Below are positions 61,939 to 64,000 of a DNA stretch of 64,000 bases, in pieces. The translations under genes and the position numbers were made by a program. The DNA is from a virus (lineage: Duplodnaviria > Caudoviricetes), in IMG/VR virus record IMGVR_UViG_3300035498_000530, positions 1 through 64,000 of that record; one strand, written 5' to 3'. Numbering within the stretch: the first letter of the stretch is position 1; each line of letters starts with the position of its first letter. Below the pieces are notes generated by a model. The model worked only from the letters and a program-made list of their open reading frames with translations. It ran no database searches and was not told the origin of the DNA.

Positions 61939-62652
61939 TTATACCTCACATAACGGGTTCTTTAAAAGTTTACCCGCTTTCTTACTAGATTCAAAGATAT
62001 TATTGTAATAATCACTAACCTCAGCAAATGTAGCATTACCATGACCAATAAATGGCCTATATTTATTATACAGTATTGATACTATTTCCGGAGGTAATAA
62101 TATATTACGTGAAGTATCTATAGTATACTCCTTATATAAGTCTTCTGTAGACATATATCCATATATAAATAGATTTGCCACTATTGCATTGATTGCAAGT
62201 GGTGGTTCTACTATAAATGAAAATGTATGATTATTCTGAACACAAAATGCAAACTCATTTACATTAGTCAGCATTGGTATATTTATACCATACTTTGACA
62301 TGATATATCTTGAGAATGTATCAAAATATCCAGCATCTTCATTTCCACAATAGAAGATAATATTAGTTCCTCTGAGAATTGTAGCTGCAAATAGCATACA
62401 GATAAAATCTGTTGGTTCTCTAGAATCTAAATATAATGAATATTGATATTCATACTCATTTATATTTCCATTTATCATATAATCCAATGCAGTATAAGGG
62501 GGGAGTAATATACTCCCCATAAATGCATTTGGATATGATAATAAATTAGAATACTTTGATTCTTCATCATCAATTATAATCAAACAAGCTTGGTGAATAC
62601 CAGCTTGTATTATTGAATTAATAACTTCTGAATCTTTAGTTACATACAACAT
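61939..62652 (-). CDS. Hypothetical protein (DUF488-like pattern)
   Basis: LLPP...Y..YL...GTNIIFYC...KYGI. Confidence 0.65.
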   Translation of the reverse strand: MLYVTKDSEVINSIIQAGIHQACLIIIDDEESKYSNLLSYPNAFMGSILLPPYTALDYMINGNINEYEYQYSLYLDSREPTDFICMLFAATILRGTNIIFYCGNEDAGYFDTFSRYIMSKYGINIPMLTNVNEFAFCVQNNHTFSFIVEPPLAINAIVANLFIYGYMSTEDLYKEYTIDTSRNILLPPEIVSILYNKYRPFIGHGNATFAEVSDYYNNIFESSKKAGKLLKNPLCEV

Positions 62653-62664
62653 ATCCTACACTCC

Positions 62665-63966
62665 TTAAAACTTATCTAAGTTATAATTTCTCTTATTCTT
62701 GTTTTTCTTTGATTTCTTTCCACCATATCTTCCACTATTAGAATCTTCACCATAATCATAAGATTGAGAGAATGTATATGATGGCTTCTTTTCGGGTTTA
62801 GTATACTCTTCCTGTACAATATCTTCTTGAACTACTTTTTCTTCTTCATGATATTCCTGATTAACTTCTGCAGTTTCAGGTTTAGTATCAACAGAAACTT
62901 CAATATTTTCAGTCTGATTTTCAGGATTAGGCATATCATCATTATGAACATCAGATGTATTATCGCTCCTATTATAATCAATAGATCGTTTATTAATCTT
63001 AAAACCATGTTCATTAGAATCATTATCCCTTCTACTATTAAAAAATCTACTAGGATCCATTAAAGCTTCATCAGTTTCAATATTAAAATTGATTGCTTTA
63101 GAAGATTTAACTTCTCCTATAACCTTTGTAAACTTTGTTCCATCTTTCCTAGTTAAATTAAGTTTCATGTGTTTATTTCCTCCTTCTTTATAACTGTATA
63201 TGAACTTATCTTTAACAAACTTTTGAAGTTTGTCTGGTTCATATACTTTTCCACATTTGTTACATACAAGATTGTTAAACCCATAATCATAATCTATTTC
63301 TCCACCACAATACAATGGAGATTTAGTATCATCATTTAATTGAGCAGAACAATATAACTTGTTTCCATCAAGTTCATATACATATGGAAAGTCTAAAAGA
63401 CACACTCCAAATCCAGGACGAATACCATAATTCATCCAAGATAAAGTTCCTATATCATTTAGAACATACTTTCCAATTACAAACTTGGTAAGTAAATTAT
63501 ATACATCTTCTGAAACAGATTTGAATTCTTCTTTATTGATAATTGGTGTTATCCTTTCGAATAATCCTACTGTTCCACAAGGACTTACTTCAAAACATCT
63601 TGTTACAAATGGTTTGAGTAAGAATTGATTTTTATATTCATCTGGATTATCTGATAATCCAACTTTATCTAGAGCCACTTTAACTATAATACTACTATTC
63701 TCATAATACATATAGACAGCTCTATTAGTACCACAATGAAATCTTTTAAAACCTCGTTGTGTCATTATATCATCTATCATAGATAATTTTAGTTTAATCT
63801 TTCCAGCATATCTTAATGATGTTGCTACTTTGTTTAAACTCTGTATATCATAAACAGATAATAAGCTTAATAATGGAGGAGCGGTTAAACTTTCCCATTT
63901 AAAATCTAGTGGAGATTTATCTTTAGAATAAAGATAATCTAACACATGACTCCTTTGGAGTTTCAT
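62665..63966 (-). CDS. Protein-kinase-like protein with a Zn ribbon and an acidic tail
   Basis: GTNRAVY, IVKVA, NPDE, DIG....NYG, LLDFP; CGG..CNKCG. Confidence 0.7.
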   Translation of the reverse strand: MKLQRSHVLDYLYSKDKSPLDFKWESLTAPPLLSLLSVYDIQSLNKVATSLRYAGKIKLKLSMIDDIMTQRGFKRFHCGTNRAVYMYYENSSIIVKVALDKVGLSDNPDEYKNQFLLKPFVTRCFEVSPCGTVGLFERITPIINKEEFKSVSEDVYNLLTKFVIGKYVLNDIGTLSWMNYGIRPGFGVCLLDFPYVYELDGNKLYCSAQLNDDTKSPLYCGGEIDYDYGFNNLVCNKCGKVYEPDKLQKFVKDKFIYSYKEGGNKHMKLNLTRKDGTKFTKVIGEVKSSKAINFNIETDEALMDPSRFFNSRRDNDSNEHGFKINKRSIDYNRSDNTSDVHNDDMPNPENQTENIEVSVDTKPETAEVNQEYHEEEKVVQEDIVQEEYTKPEKKPSYTFSQSYDYGEDSNSGRYGGKKSKKNKNKRNYNLDKF

Positions 63967-64000
63967 ACTAACCACCCCCTTAATTATTCATTATTGCCTC

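Noticed and set aside
1-64000. Stop-codon reassignment
   Set aside because: Core genes are intact in the standard code and end in TAA, TAG or TGA.
1-64000. tRNA or rRNA genes
   Set aside because: No cloverleaf or rRNA-like sequence recognised in the intergenic regions.

Overview
A 64-kb segment of an AT-rich jumbo bacteriophage genome of the phiKZ/AR9(PBS1)-like type. The host is probably a Firmicute (Clostridia-like), inferred from the endolysin, holins and strong GGAGG RBSs. It encodes two split multisubunit RNA polymerase beta' fragments (50079-51629 with LAADFDGD; 59304-60533 with bridge helix and trigger loop), GyrA and GyrB, DnaB and Dda/RecD helicases, SbcD and PD-(D/E)XK nucleases and an amidase endolysin. 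It also has a ~27-kb + strand tail/fibre/holin block, early hypothetical paralogue clusters, and a kinase plus mini-polymerase cluster. Two promoter classes can be read directly: TATATTAT (early, AR9-like; 7 sites, all on the - strand) and (A/G)ACA-N6-TA (late, AR9-like; about 21 sites). The most interesting signal is a possible trans-acting antisense RNA layer aimed at the nuclease operon. First, a late promoter at 12522 drives a ~110-nt three-hairpin RNA with no substantial ORF, carrying a segment that is 20/21 complementary to the RBS and start codon of gene 17599-18396. Second, a 138-bp element repeated at 1-138 and 55293-55430 carries convergent promoter motifs and an exact 20-nt match to the PD-(D/E)XK nuclease gene of the same operon. 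All calls are from reading by eye; no database searches were run.
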